From: a virus
Lineage: Duplodnaviria; Caudoviricetes
Virus record (IMG/VR): IMGVR_UViG_2609460327_000001
Location: 142,308-206,307 of that record
Length of the DNA: 64,000 bases
Strand: one strand, 5' to 3'
Numbering within the stretch: the first letter of the stretch is position 1; each line of letters starts with the position of its first letter. The notes beneath the pieces are model-generated. The model searched no databases, had not been told where the DNA came from, and worked only from the letters and a program-made list of their open reading frames with translations. Below are positions 39,185 to 47,970 of this stretch, in pieces. Position numbers and translations under genes: made by a program.

Positions 39185-39508
39185 ATGAAAGCAGGGGAAG
39201 AAATGAAATTCGGACATGCACTTGAGCTCTTAGAGAAAGAAGAAAAGTTAAGACGCGATTCTTGGGCACCTGGCAGCTTCATTGTAATGATGCCTTCTCT
39301 TTATCTGCCGCCTTTTAGTACAGCTAGTACATTTTTGAAGGTTAACGATCGCACAGCAAAACATATTGGTGTAAATACGCCTCTTAATTCGCAGCCGTAT
39401 ATCGCATTTTTTAATGGCGAAACGGATGAATGGCAGCCAGGCTGGCTTCCTGCTCAGGCGGATTTGTTTGCCTCAGACTGGTATGCAACCAAGCAAACGC
39501 CATATTAA
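39185..39508 (+). CDS. tad2: DUF2829 / Tad2-family anti-defence sponge protein (ATG 39203 is a possible start)
   Basis: MKFGHALELL...RR.SW...PYI...GWLPAQADLFASDW matches the Tad2 pattern (FGEAL...R.GW...WVPSQTDVLAEDW). Confidence 0.75.
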   Translation: MKAGEEMKFGHALELLEKEEKLRRDSWAPGSFIVMMPSLYLPPFSTASTFLKVNDRTAKHIGVNTPLNSQPYIAFFNGETDEWQPGWLPAQADLFASDWYATKQTPY

Positions 39509-39523
39509 GGAGCAATTAATTAA

Positions 39524-39688
39524 ATGGATCACATTATGCTTGCAGTCAATATTTTAATTTTAAGTCTTAGTGCACATTTTTATGGGGATAGCCGTAAGCG
39601 CAATTTAAAAATTCAATGGGTCTTTTTAGCTTTCACGATTGTTTATTTGCTATTAGTTGCGGCTCGTCTCAAAGAAATCTGGGGGTAA
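39524..39688 (+). CDS. Small two-TM membrane protein (54 aa, not in the ORF track)
   Basis: RBS aaggag, MDHIMLAVNILILSL...WVFLAFTIVYLLLV. Confidence 0.55.
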   Translation: MDHIMLAVNILILSLSAHFYGDSRKRNLKIQWVFLAFTIVYLLLVAARLKEIWG

Positions 39689-39702
39689 AGGAAGAGGTAT
39701 AT

Positions 39703-39996
39703 ATGGGAGAAAAGAAGAGAAAAGAGAGCCTGCCGATAACACGAGGCGGGGTAATCCCCATCTCTCGCGAATTGCTATCTCACATCTTAAGTGAGAAGTT
39801 GGGTGTGCAGGTCCAAGTAAGCCACGCAGAAAGCTTATACTATGCAGATTGCATCGGGTTCGCTGTGAAGACCAAAGATGAGAGGTTTCCAATAGTCTAT
39901 CCAGGTAGTCGATTGGAAAACATATCATTGGAACAGCGTATAGATTCAGATGGAAAAATTCATATAACGAACGTCACGCCGTTTAGCGAACTATAA
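39703..39996 (+). CDS. Hypothetical protein
   Basis: ATG after gaggt, MGEKKRKES. Confidence 0.6.
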   Translation: MGEKKRKESLPITRGGVIPISRELLSHILSEKLGVQVQVSHAESLYYADCIGFAVKTKDERFPIVYPGSRLENISLEQRIDSDGKIHITNVTPFSEL

Positions 39997-40064
39997 AAAC
40001 TGCGTATAATTAAGATTTTACGCAGTTTCTGTTTTAAGCAATTTTTTTCTGAGGAGGTGGGCAG

Positions 40065-40232
40065 TTGGACGTAAAAATCGTTCAGAAAGAAGGGCTTGAA
40101 AAACCCTTTTATCAACCAACTCTTTCCAGTAGAGAAATTAAAGAGATGTATGACTATTTTTATCCAAAAAGATGGAGTAGTAAGTACGCCGAGCAGATAC
40201 TCAACATACTGGAAGACCACCTCTCTTCTTAA
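40065..40232 (+). CDS. Small hypothetical protein (55 aa, not in the ORF track)
   Basis: Strong RBS gaggaggtg then TTG. Confidence 0.55.
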   Translation: MDVKIVQKEGLEKPFYQPTLSSREIKEMYDYFYPKRWSSKYAEQILNILEDHLSS

Positions 40233-40243
40233 TATTGCGTAAT

Positions 40244-40257
40244 TGAAATGCATTGCA
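40244..40257. promoter_or_regulatory. Degenerate operator TGAAATGCATTGCA
   Basis: Intergenic, 12/14 match to the recurrent palindrome. Confidence 0.5.
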
Positions 40258-40278
40258 TTTTAGAAAGGTTAGATAAAT

Positions 40279-40398
40279 ATGTATTGTAAAGATTGTATGT
40301 CTTTTTTTGTTAGCTGCCCCTGCTGTGATGAGCACTTCTGCCCAGACTGTCAGAAGCGTGAGGAAGATATCGAAGAGGAAGAAGAGGAGGAGGAATAA
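40279..40398 (+). CDS. 39-aa Cys-rich microprotein with poly-Glu tail
   Basis: RBS gaaagg; MYCKDCMSFFVSCPCCDEHFCPDCQKREEDIEEEEEEEE. Confidence 0.55.
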   Translation: MYCKDCMSFFVSCPCCDEHFCPDCQKREEDIEEEEEEEE

Positions 40399-40403
40399 TT
40401 GAC

Positions 40404-40883
40404 ATGACAAGAGGTAGACCGCCGAAAAATCCGGCCGATCCAGGTAAACTCCCTTTTCAGCAAGGGTTGCAGACTAGGCAAGTGACACCCGAAGAAGCTG
40501 AAAAGTATGGGATCAAACTAGAAGATATTCCAAGCAAAGAAGTTGAATGGTATTCCAATAGTATCAATGTCAAAGATCCAAGCATTGGTTTTCAAAAATC
40601 TGGAGGAATCCATATTAATAAAGAGGCTGGCGCACTTCTAGGAATTAAAGAAGGTGACAAGATTCAGATTGGATTCAGAGGCAACCCTCGTCAAATCGTA
40701 CTAAGAAAATCAGAAGACGGTATACGTCTTGGAGCTATAAAAGGTAATAACAAAGGCAGTGGTTTTAAATGCTCTAACGCTGGACTCGTGAAGTGGATAG
40801 CTCAAAAAGGAGCCGAGACAAAGCGCTATGTCATTCGTTCAACCGATGAAGAAGGAATTTTTGTAGCAAACCTATATCAATAA
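40404..40883 (+). CDS. AT-hook plus AbrB-like DNA-binding protein
   Basis: N-terminal RGRPPK; IHINKEAGALLGIKEGDKI AbrB-like signature. Confidence 0.55.
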   Translation: MTRGRPPKNPADPGKLPFQQGLQTRQVTPEEAEKYGIKLEDIPSKEVEWYSNSINVKDPSIGFQKSGGIHINKEAGALLGIKEGDKIQIGFRGNPRQIVLRKSEDGIRLGAIKGNNKGSGFKCSNAGLVKWIAQKGAETKRYVIRSTDEEGIFVANLYQ

Positions 40884-40902
40884 GCAAGGAGAGGTTATTA
40901 AA

Positions 40903-41283
40903 ATGAAATCAGCATTAGAGCAATACTTACTTAATCTAAAGAAAATTAAGAACATGGACGAAATGTATGATGAGATCGGTGCCCTTACTGAAGACACTTT
41001 CAGCAACCATTTCTATGGAGGATACCTGACTCGTGCTTTGGAAACATTCAGCAATTCTGTCGATGGCAAAGACCTGAAACTTGAAATGGTTGTGTTAACT
41101 GAAGCACTGGTCAACAATACTCCTGAAGATGGGGAAGGCGACCCTGTCTATAATGAAGAAGAACGCGATCTGTTTATATTCAAAAAGCTGCGTTCGATTG
41201 GATCAACCGTAACAATGGAGCAGATCAGAGAAGTATGTGATGCTGAAGGAGAATACCTTGATCAGCTTATGAGGACAGAATAA
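40903..41283 (+). CDS. Hypothetical acidic protein
   Basis: RBS aaggagagg. Confidence 0.65.
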   Translation: MKSALEQYLLNLKKIKNMDEMYDEIGALTEDTFSNHFYGGYLTRALETFSNSVDGKDLKLEMVVLTEALVNNTPEDGEGDPVYNEEERDLFIFKKLRSIGSTVTMEQIREVCDAEGEYLDQLMRTE

Positions 41284-41687
41284 TGAATTTAGTCGTATTT
41301 AGTGCCTTATTTATTCTTCAATTTGTTGGCCACAGGATAGGAGATTTTATTCTGCAGACGGATGTTCAAGCTCAAAATAAAACAAAAGACTGGAAGGCCA
41401 GATTACGCCATTGCTTTTCTTACTCTTTATCGGTAAGCCTGCTAACATGGATCCTGTTACCGATACATTATCTCCCTATCATATTCTTAATAACGATCGT
41501 CGAGCATTTTATCATCGATGATCGAAGATTTGTTGTTTGGCTTAAAACAAATATCGAGACAAAAATCGCCAAACAGAAGGAGTTTAATATTAGTACGGTC
41601 CCTGGATTTGTAATTATCGAGATCGATCAAACCATTCATATGATCCGAATGCTATTAATCGCAATTCTTTTCAGCTATATTATGTAG
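41283..41687 (+). CDS. DUF3307-family membrane protein
   Basis: HRIGDFILQT, HFIID and DQTIH motifs. Confidence 0.7.
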   Translation: MNLVVFSALFILQFVGHRIGDFILQTDVQAQNKTKDWKARLRHCFSYSLSVSLLTWILLPIHYLPIIFLITIVEHFIIDDRRFVVWLKTNIETKIAKQKEFNISTVPGFVIIEIDQTIHMIRMLLIAILFSYIM

Positions 41688-41711
41688 CCTTGTATCAAAC
41701 GAAAGGCCTCA

Positions 41712-41759
41712 GCACTATATGTTGGGGTTTTTCGAATGTCAAGACTTTAAATGTAGAAA
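41712..41759 (+). promoter_or_regulatory. Tandem NrdR-box-like sites
   Basis: gcactatatgttgggg (41712-41727) and actttaaatgtagaaa (41744-41759), 32 bp apart, upstream of nrdI-nrdA-nrdB. Confidence 0.55.
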
Positions 41760-41791
41760 AATATAGAATACAATAACAATTGCACACTAAA

Positions 41792-41805
41792 TGTAATGCG
41801 TTACA
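41792..41805. promoter_or_regulatory. Operator TGTAATGCGTTACA
   Basis: Recurrent palindrome just upstream of the nrdI RBS. Confidence 0.75.
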
Positions 41806-41821
41806 AAAAGGAAGGTTTCAC

Positions 41822-42166
41822 ATGTTATTGAGTTATTATTCTTTATCTGGCAAAGCAGAAAGTTTCGTTAAAGAAACAGGAATGCATGCCGTAAGGATTG
41901 GCCCTGCACTTCGAATGCAGCAACCTTATGTGCTGATTACAAGCACTGAAGAAACAGGCAGCTTTCCCGAGGAAGTATCCGACTTTCTTATACATAACCA
42001 TAATCTTATGGTTGGGTGCAGCATTATCGGCCAACACAACAGGGAAGAACTTCATGAATTGAGCCTGGCTGTTCCATACATCTCATCAGATTCTGTTGAG
42101 AAATTTATAAAAGAGGTGAATCAAATTGAGCGCAACACCGTTGAAAGTTACAAAGCCCAACAATAG
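41822..42166 (+). CDS. nrdI: NrdI-like flavodoxin, divergent and shortened
   Basis: YYSLSGK..SFV...PYVLIT.T; located before the RNR genes. Confidence 0.6.
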   Translation: MLLSYYSLSGKAESFVKETGMHAVRIGPALRMQQPYVLITSTEETGSFPEEVSDFLIHNHNLMVGCSIIGQHNREELHELSLAVPYISSDSVEKFIKEVNQIERNTVESYKAQQ

Positions 42167-44453
42167 AGAGCTGGCATTTGACGTCAACCGAATCCAAGTA
42201 TTCGCTGAACGTATTATGGCAGGTTTAAAAGATTCGCAGGGAGAGACCCTGAATATACAGCGCCTAATGCGTGGCGTATTATCCAAGCTCAGATATAAAG
42301 AAGTAACTGCAGATGAGATTACAAATGCATTTACTATGTCTGCACTGGAACTGATTTCAAAAGAAGAACCGAATTGGAAGTTTGCAGCCGCTCGTTCCTT
42401 TTTAACATCGTTATATAAAAAGGCGGCTTTCAATCGTAATTATAAATCCTATACAGATAAACCTTATGGCTCCTTCTATAATCTGATTACTACAATGGTA
42501 GAGAAGAACCTATTCAGAAAAGAACTGCTAGAAGCTTACACCAAAGAAGAGATCGAGGAGCTAGAAGCTACAATATCTCCGGAGAATGATTTGCTGTTCG
42601 ACTATATTGGCCTAATGACATTGAATGAGCGATACCTAACCAGCGACTATGACGGCAATGTGATGGAGCTGCCGCAAGAGCGCTATATGGTTATCGCCAT
42701 GTTCCTAATGCACCAGGAGCCAGCAGAGAAGCGTATGGAGCTGGTTAAAGAATCTTACTGGGCTATGAGCAACCTGTACATGACAGTCGCAACGCCGACT
42801 TTATCCAACGCAGGTAAAGCCACAGGAGGACAATTATCCAGCTGCTTTATCGATACTGTGGATGATTCCCTCGAAGGGATTTTTGATTCCAATACAGACG
42901 TAGCTCGCCTTTCTAAAATGGGCGGCGGCATCGGCGTATATTTAGGCAAAGTTCGATCCAGAGGCTCCGACATTCGTGGTCATAAGAATACTAGCTCTGG
43001 CGTTGTTCCATGGATTCGCCAATTAAATAATACAGCAGTCAGCGTAGACCAACTGGGCACTCGTAAAGGCGCTGTAGCTGTCTATCTGGACGTTTTCCAT
43101 AAAGACATCCTGTCCTTCTTGGACCTTAAATTAAACAACGGTGACGAGCGTATGAGAGCGCATGACATCTTCCATGCTGTCTGTCTGCCGGATCTATTCA
43201 TGGAAGCAGTCCGTGAGCGCGAAGAATGGCACCTGTTCTGCCCTCATGAAGTGAAGAGCATTATGGGATGGACAGATGCAAAGGGGCGTAAATTGGGCTT
43301 AGAAGACTTCTATGATGAGAACCTTGGAAGCGGATCGTTCCGTGAGAAATATGCCGAAGCTGTGGCCAACCCGCTGCTGCCACGCATTACCGTACAAGCG
43401 ATTGATATCATGAAGCGTGTCATGAAGTCTCAGCTTGAGACAGGAACACCGTACATGTTCTATCGTGATACAGTAAACCGGGCGAATCCGAATAAGGCGC
43501 ATGGCATGATATATTCTTCAAATCTCTGCACAGAGATCATGCAGAACCAATCGCCAACAGTGGTCGAGTCCGAAGAGCTTGTAACTAAAGATGGTGAGAC
43601 ACGAATCATCATTTCCAAAATTCCAGGCGACTTTGTTGTATGTAACTTGAACTCAATCAACCTATCCAGAGCCGTTCCAGATGATGTATTAGAACGCCTC
43701 GTTCCAATCCAGGTTCGCATGCTGGATAACGTTATCGACATTAATAACATCGAAGTGCTTCAAGCACAGCATACAAACACTAAGTATCGTGCCGTTGGTC
43801 TTGGAACATTCGGTCTCCATCATTTGCTTGCTCTGCTGAAGATTCGTTGGGAGTCCGATGCGGCTGTTGATTATAACGACACTCTCTATGAGAAAATCAA
43901 CTTCCTTGCGATTAAAACAAGTATGGAGCTGGCTAAAGAAAAAGGAGCCTATCCAAAGTTTGAAGGCAGCGAATGGCAAAGCGGAAATTACTTTACAGAT
44001 CGGAACTACAACACTGCTGAGTGGACTCAACTTGCCGGAGATATCCGTAAATACGGTATCCGCAATGCGAATCTAATTGCAATAGCGCCAAACGGCACCA
44101 CATCCATTATTGCAGGTTCTACAGCTACGATTGACCCTATTTACGAACTCGTTTCTTATGAGGAAAAGACAACGTATAAAGTGGCCAATCCTGCTCCGGA
44201 TCTGAATAACGATACTCTTTGGTATTACAAAACAGCATTCCTGATTGACCAGCACGCCAGCATTAAAATGGCCGGTGCTCGATCAAGACATATTGACCAA
44301 GGACAAAGCTTTAACCTTTATGTAACTCCAGACATCAAAGCAAGTGACCTTTTGAACTTGCATATGGCAGTTTGGGAGAACGGGATCAAGTCCAGCTACT
44401 ATCTCCGAAGCCGCGCATTGACAATTGAAGAATGCGAGAACTGTGCTTCATGA
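42126..44453 (+). CDS. nrdA: Class I ribonucleotide reductase alpha subunit with ATP cone
   Basis: ATPTLSNAG, QLSSC, SNLCTEI, VCNLNSINL, SSYYLR and C-terminal CENC. Confidence 0.95.
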   Translation: MSATPLKVTKPNNRELAFDVNRIQVFAERIMAGLKDSQGETLNIQRLMRGVLSKLRYKEVTADEITNAFTMSALELISKEEPNWKFAAARSFLTSLYKKAAFNRNYKSYTDKPYGSFYNLITTMVEKNLFRKELLEAYTKEEIEELEATISPENDLLFDYIGLMTLNERYLTSDYDGNVMELPQERYMVIAMFLMHQEPAEKRMELVKESYWAMSNLYMTVATPTLSNAGKATGGQLSSCFIDTVDDSLEGIFDSNTDVARLSKMGGGIGVYLGKVRSRGSDIRGHKNTSSGVVPWIRQLNNTAVSVDQLGTRKGAVAVYLDVFHKDILSFLDLKLNNGDERMRAHDIFHAVCLPDLFMEAVREREEWHLFCPHEVKSIMGWTDAKGRKLGLEDFYDENLGSGSFREKYAEAVANPLLPRITVQAIDIMKRVMKSQLETGTPYMFYRDTVNRANPNKAHGMIYSSNLCTEIMQNQSPTVVESEELVTKDGETRIIISKIPGDFVVCNLNSINLSRAVPDDVLERLVPIQVRMLDNVIDINNIEVLQAQHTNTKYRAVGLGTFGLHHLLALLKIRWESDAAVDYNDTLYEKINFLAIKTSMELAKEKGAYPKFEGSEWQSGNYFTDRNYNTAEWTQLAGDIRKYGIRNANLIAIAPNGTTSIIAGSTATIDPIYELVSYEEKTTYKVANPAPDLNNDTLWYYKTAFLIDQHASIKMAGARSRHIDQGQSFNLYVTPDIKASDLLNLHMAVWENGIKSSYYLRSRALTIEECENCAS

Positions 44454-44662
44454 TCGATGTATCAAGCGAAATATTGATCTGGTATGTATGGGCCACCGCC
44501 ATCATCGGTGGCCTTACAGCCTTGGGTCTACTCATATGGTTCATGATCTGGGTCTGGGATCATACACTCAATTCCATATTGGTCATGTTTAAAATCAAGA
44601 TGCTATTTGCTGAATTTATGCGTGACCATTACAGGGGAAAACAAAACAAGAGAGAAGAGTGA
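44450..44662 (+). CDS. Small membrane protein between the RNR subunits
   Basis: ATGA overlap with nrdA; hydrophobic helix. Confidence 0.6.
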   Translation: MIDVSSEILIWYVWATAIIGGLTALGLLIWFMIWVWDHTLNSILVMFKIKMLFAEFMRDHYRGKQNKREE

Positions 44663-45699
44663 ATGAAATGAAAATGCAAAAAATTTTTAACACCGAGGCG
44701 CCAAATAAATCTACTCGGATTATCGAAGGCGAGAACTCAGGGATTCTTAACTGGAACGATATCCGTATGCCACATATGTATAAACTCTATAAGGTTCTGC
44801 TGTTGAACCATTGGATCGCTGACGAGATTCCAATGTCTAAGGATGCACAGCAATTCCCGCTACTGGATGCAGAGGAGCAGCGCACATTTAAAATCAATAT
44901 CGGACTGTTGGCAGTTTTGGACTCCATGCAAACTATGTTTGTCGGTGATGTAAAGCGTTACTTTACAGACTCTTCACTTGAAGCAATCTCAGCTATTATC
45001 GGGCAGCAAGAAGTTGTTCATAATCAATCCTACTCCTACGTGCTGTCGTCATTAGTTTCTGAGCAGGAGCAGCGAGAAATCTTTGAATATTGGAAGCATG
45101 ATCCGGTACTGCTGGAACGCAATACATTTATCTCAGAAATCTACCAAGAGTTCCGTGATGAGCAGACGCCACAAACTTTCTTTAAAGCTATGGTAGCTGA
45201 TCTAATCCTTGAAGGCATCTTCTTCTACAGCACATTCGCATTCTTCTACAACCTGGCTCGCGACCAAAAGATGATGGGTACTAGCCAAATGATTTCATAC
45301 ATCCAGCGGGATGAAAATCAGCATTGCTACTTCTTCGCAGAAGTATTTAAGCAGCTGCTTGCAGACTTCCCTGAACTGAATACGCCAGAGAACATTCAGT
45401 ACGCTTATGACACTATTGATCGTGCCGTACAACTGGAGACCAATTGGGCTTACTATACACTAAAAGAAGTCCGTGGTATCGATCTTGAAGAATTGTCTGA
45501 CTACATCAAATACATGGCCAACCGTCGCCTGAAGATGCTCGGTCTGGAGAAAGCTTACGAAGGCGTGGATGTAAACTGCATGCCGTGGATTAAGCCATTC
45601 TCTGATGAAGCATTGAATGCTACTAAATCTGACTTCTTCGAAACCAAGTCTCGCAACTACGGAAAAACCAGTGACGATAACGGCTTCGACGATCTATAA
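44659..45699 (+). CDS. nrdB: Class I ribonucleotide reductase beta subunit
   Basis: LDSMQ, EVVHNQSY, LEGIFFY and RDENQH metal and radical ligands. Confidence 0.95.
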   Translation: MNEMKMQKIFNTEAPNKSTRIIEGENSGILNWNDIRMPHMYKLYKVLLLNHWIADEIPMSKDAQQFPLLDAEEQRTFKINIGLLAVLDSMQTMFVGDVKRYFTDSSLEAISAIIGQQEVVHNQSYSYVLSSLVSEQEQREIFEYWKHDPVLLERNTFISEIYQEFRDEQTPQTFFKAMVADLILEGIFFYSTFAFFYNLARDQKMMGTSQMISYIQRDENQHCYFFAEVFKQLLADFPELNTPENIQYAYDTIDRAVQLETNWAYYTLKEVRGIDLEELSDYIKYMANRRLKMLGLEKAYEGVDVNCMPWIKPFSDEALNATKSDFFETKSRNYGKTSDDNGFDDL

Positions 45700-45726
45700 G
45701 AATAATAAGAAAAGAGGATAAACAAC

Positions 45727-46176
45727 ATGGAATTAATGCAACCGTATCAATACGAAGGCAAAGGACTAGACTACGCTTACGACCAGGTGAAAGCTTTCCA
45801 AAAAGCGTTTAATCATCCAGTTAGCGAACTGCCGACATTCATGAATGCAGAGCGTGCGGCAAAGCGAATGAATTGGGTTAATGAAGAAGTACAAGAGTTT
45901 TTGGATTCTAAAAATGTTGTCGATCAAGCTGACGCTATGATTGATGTGATCTACTTTGCTATTGGCACACTGGTAGAGCTAGGCGTAAAACCTCAAGAAC
46001 TCATGGATATCGTTCAGAATGCAAACATGAGCAAATTATGGCCAGACGGCAAACCTCATTACAAAGAAGACGGCAAAGTAATGAAGCCTGAAGGATGGGA
46101 AGATCCTTACGAAAAGCTCGCTGCAGCGATTGCCCGTCAATATGATACAGCAAGAGAGAACCTTGCGGGAGCTTAG
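45727..46176 (+). CDS. MazG-like (DR2231-type) NTP/dUTP pyrophosphohydrolase with MELMQPY leader
   Basis: EEVQEF...DAMIDVIYF...ANMSK...DGKVMKP. Confidence 0.8.
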   Translation: MELMQPYQYEGKGLDYAYDQVKAFQKAFNHPVSELPTFMNAERAAKRMNWVNEEVQEFLDSKNVVDQADAMIDVIYFAIGTLVELGVKPQELMDIVQNANMSKLWPDGKPHYKEDGKVMKPEGWEDPYEKLAAAIARQYDTARENLAGA

Positions 46177-46202
46177 GCTCCTCTTGGTACATAGGAGGCC
46201 AT

Positions 46203-46391
46203 ATGGCTTACGAAAATGCAATCCGCTGCCTCGAAGAACGGATCGGTGTATATCGCCGGATGAGAGATCGACATATGAGAACGAGCTATAACATAAACAC
46301 AAGGATTGGAGAAATGGAATCAGCAGTTCGCGTCCTTAAAACAGCTCAGAGTAGACAAGAAAAATTTGAGAAAGTCAGCCAGAAGCAATAG
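46203..46391 (+). CDS. Small hypothetical protein
   Basis: RBS aggagg, 62 aa. Confidence 0.6.
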   Translation: MAYENAIRCLEERIGVYRRMRDRHMRTSYNINTRIGEMESAVRVLKTAQSRQEKFEKVSQKQ

Positions 46392-46407
46392 TCCAGGAGG
46401 ACCGCCT

Positions 46408-46617
46408 GTGGAGTTAATGAAAAAGTATTATGAGCGCTGCGGCGTGATTAATGATCCGCCTAAGAAGCCAAGAGTAGTAGTAAGTGAGAAGGCTTTCAAT
46501 TGCCTTCATGGCGGACAGGGATATGACTTAATAAGGGAAGCTGTTGAACTAGAAGTCGAAAGACGCATTCGGCTACAAGAAGCTCACTTAAAAGCGTTCA
46601 ACTCGTTATTTAGATAG
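46408..46617 (+). CDS. Small protein with MELMKKYY leader
   Basis: GTG start after aggagg (inside track ORF 46306). Confidence 0.65.
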   Translation: MELMKKYYERCGVINDPPKKPRVVVSEKAFNCLHGGQGYDLIREAVELEVERRIRLQEAHLKAFNSLFR

Positions 46618-46632
46618 AAAGGAGTCATCACT

Positions 46633-46965
46633 ATGGAACTTATGCAGGAATACAGAAAGAGATTTAGACAATCAACTGCTGCGGAAATCCTGGAAAGAAT
46701 TAAGTCAAGCGGAATAATCGAAGGAAGAATGAAAAGAAGTAATGAATATGGAAAAAATCTGTTTGAAGAAGAGATTCAAGCTGAACTTGAAAGAACCCTA
46801 ACTAGAAGAGTGAGTGATGCTATTGAAGTTCCATATGTAGGCATGCCGAATAATGAGTTAAATAGACAAAGACTAACGGGCGAAGTGCAGAGAACGCTTG
46901 AAGATCTAAGAGGGGGAAACCTGCGTGGAACTATTCCGCCCGTATTTAAAACGTCACGTCTATGA
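46633..46965 (+). CDS. Protein with MELMQEY leader
   Basis: RBS aaaggag. Confidence 0.65.
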   Translation: MELMQEYRKRFRQSTAAEILERIKSSGIIEGRMKRSNEYGKNLFEEEIQAELERTLTRRVSDAIEVPYVGMPNNELNRQRLTGEVQRTLEDLRGGNLRGTIPPVFKTSRL

Positions 46966-47230
46966 CAACATGGGAGTCAGTAATATGGTTTCTGAAATCG
47001 CAAATGAAACGTTAAGAGATATGCAATATCTTATGCTGACTCCCGAAAACCTACAGATCATGGGCAAAGAGATATCAAAGAGGGCAGCAGGAAGGTTGTC
47101 TGGTCTTATGGATGACAAGCTTTACTTCGATGTTATGGTTGTATTGGGTCAAAACAATAGCGCGAATTTAATATGGGATATTCGGGATTGGGAAGGCAGA
47201 GCTGTAGAGGTAGAAAGGTTGATACCATGA
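46925..47230 (+). CDS. Protein with MELFRPY leader
   Basis: GTG start after gaggggg. Confidence 0.6.
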   Translation: MELFRPYLKRHVYDNMGVSNMVSEIANETLRDMQYLMLTPENLQIMGKEISKRAAGRLSGLMDDKLYFDVMVVLGQNNSANLIWDIRDWEGRAVEVERLIP

Positions 47231-47970
47231 CTGAAATTACAATAGAACAGCTGTACGATTTTAAAACCTGCCCCTTGCAATATAAGTTTACAAATATCGA
47301 TAAACTGCCTCGCTTAAAGACAGAGGAAAGCAAGGGGCTTCGTGAAGTTATGCTGGCCACGATCAGCTATTATTATGTCAACCTTCATGAAGGTAAATTT
47401 CTTACACTGAGTCAGCTGAAGGATAAGTTTACAAGCCTTTGGTATGACAAAGATAAAATCTATAAGATCAAGTTCGACCAGAAGCAGAATCAGCGTAAGA
47501 AAGAGCTTGAGGCTTTCGGCATGCTGGCACTATTCCATCGACAGCAGCAGTACAACCCGGATAAGACCGTCGGTGTTAATGTGGACTTCCGACTAAAGAT
47601 CGATCCGGACTTTCATATTGTGGGGCGTATTCCTGTGATCAGGGAAACGCCAGGCGGTAAACATGAGATCGTAAACTTTCAAACAAGAGTACAGCGCCCC
47701 ACCGAGTTCTATCAGCGGACAGATATGGGCATCACACTACAGGCATTAGCTTTTCATTCAATGTACAGAAAAGAAGTAGATACGTATGTATTGCATCATT
47801 TAAAGACCTCTCAGTCCATCTATGTAGATCGGAAGCGTGCAGACTATCAAAGACTGTATAAGTCAGCTCGAATGCTTAAGAAGTCGATGGACGAAGGCTG
47901 GTACTACCCTCGGGAAGGTTTCCACTGTGATAGCTGCCCGACTCAAAAATATTGCATGGAGTGGCGCTAA
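47227..47970 (+). CDS. PD-(D/E)XK (RecB/Cas4-like) fold protein with degenerate catalytic motifs
   Basis: FKTCPLQY...CDSCPTQKYC Cys set; GRIP and IVNFQT where GRID and I.DYKT are usual. Confidence 0.7.
   Translation: MTEITIEQLYDFKTCPLQYKFTNIDKLPRLKTEESKGLREVMLATISYYYVNLHEGKFLTLSQLKDKFTSLWYDKDKIYKIKFDQKQNQRKKELEAFGMLALFHRQQQYNPDKTVGVNVDFRLKIDPDFHIVGRIPVIRETPGGKHEIVNFQTRVQRPTEFYQRTDMGITLQALAFHSMYRKEVDTYVLHHLKTSQSIYVDRKRADYQRLYKSARMLKKSMDEGWYYPREGFHCDSCPTQKYCMEWR

Noticed and set aside
42126-45699. Introns, inteins or an unusual metal-free class in the RNR genes
   Set aside because: Both ORFs are continuous and of normal length, and the beta subunit keeps its carboxylate/His ligands and radical Tyr.
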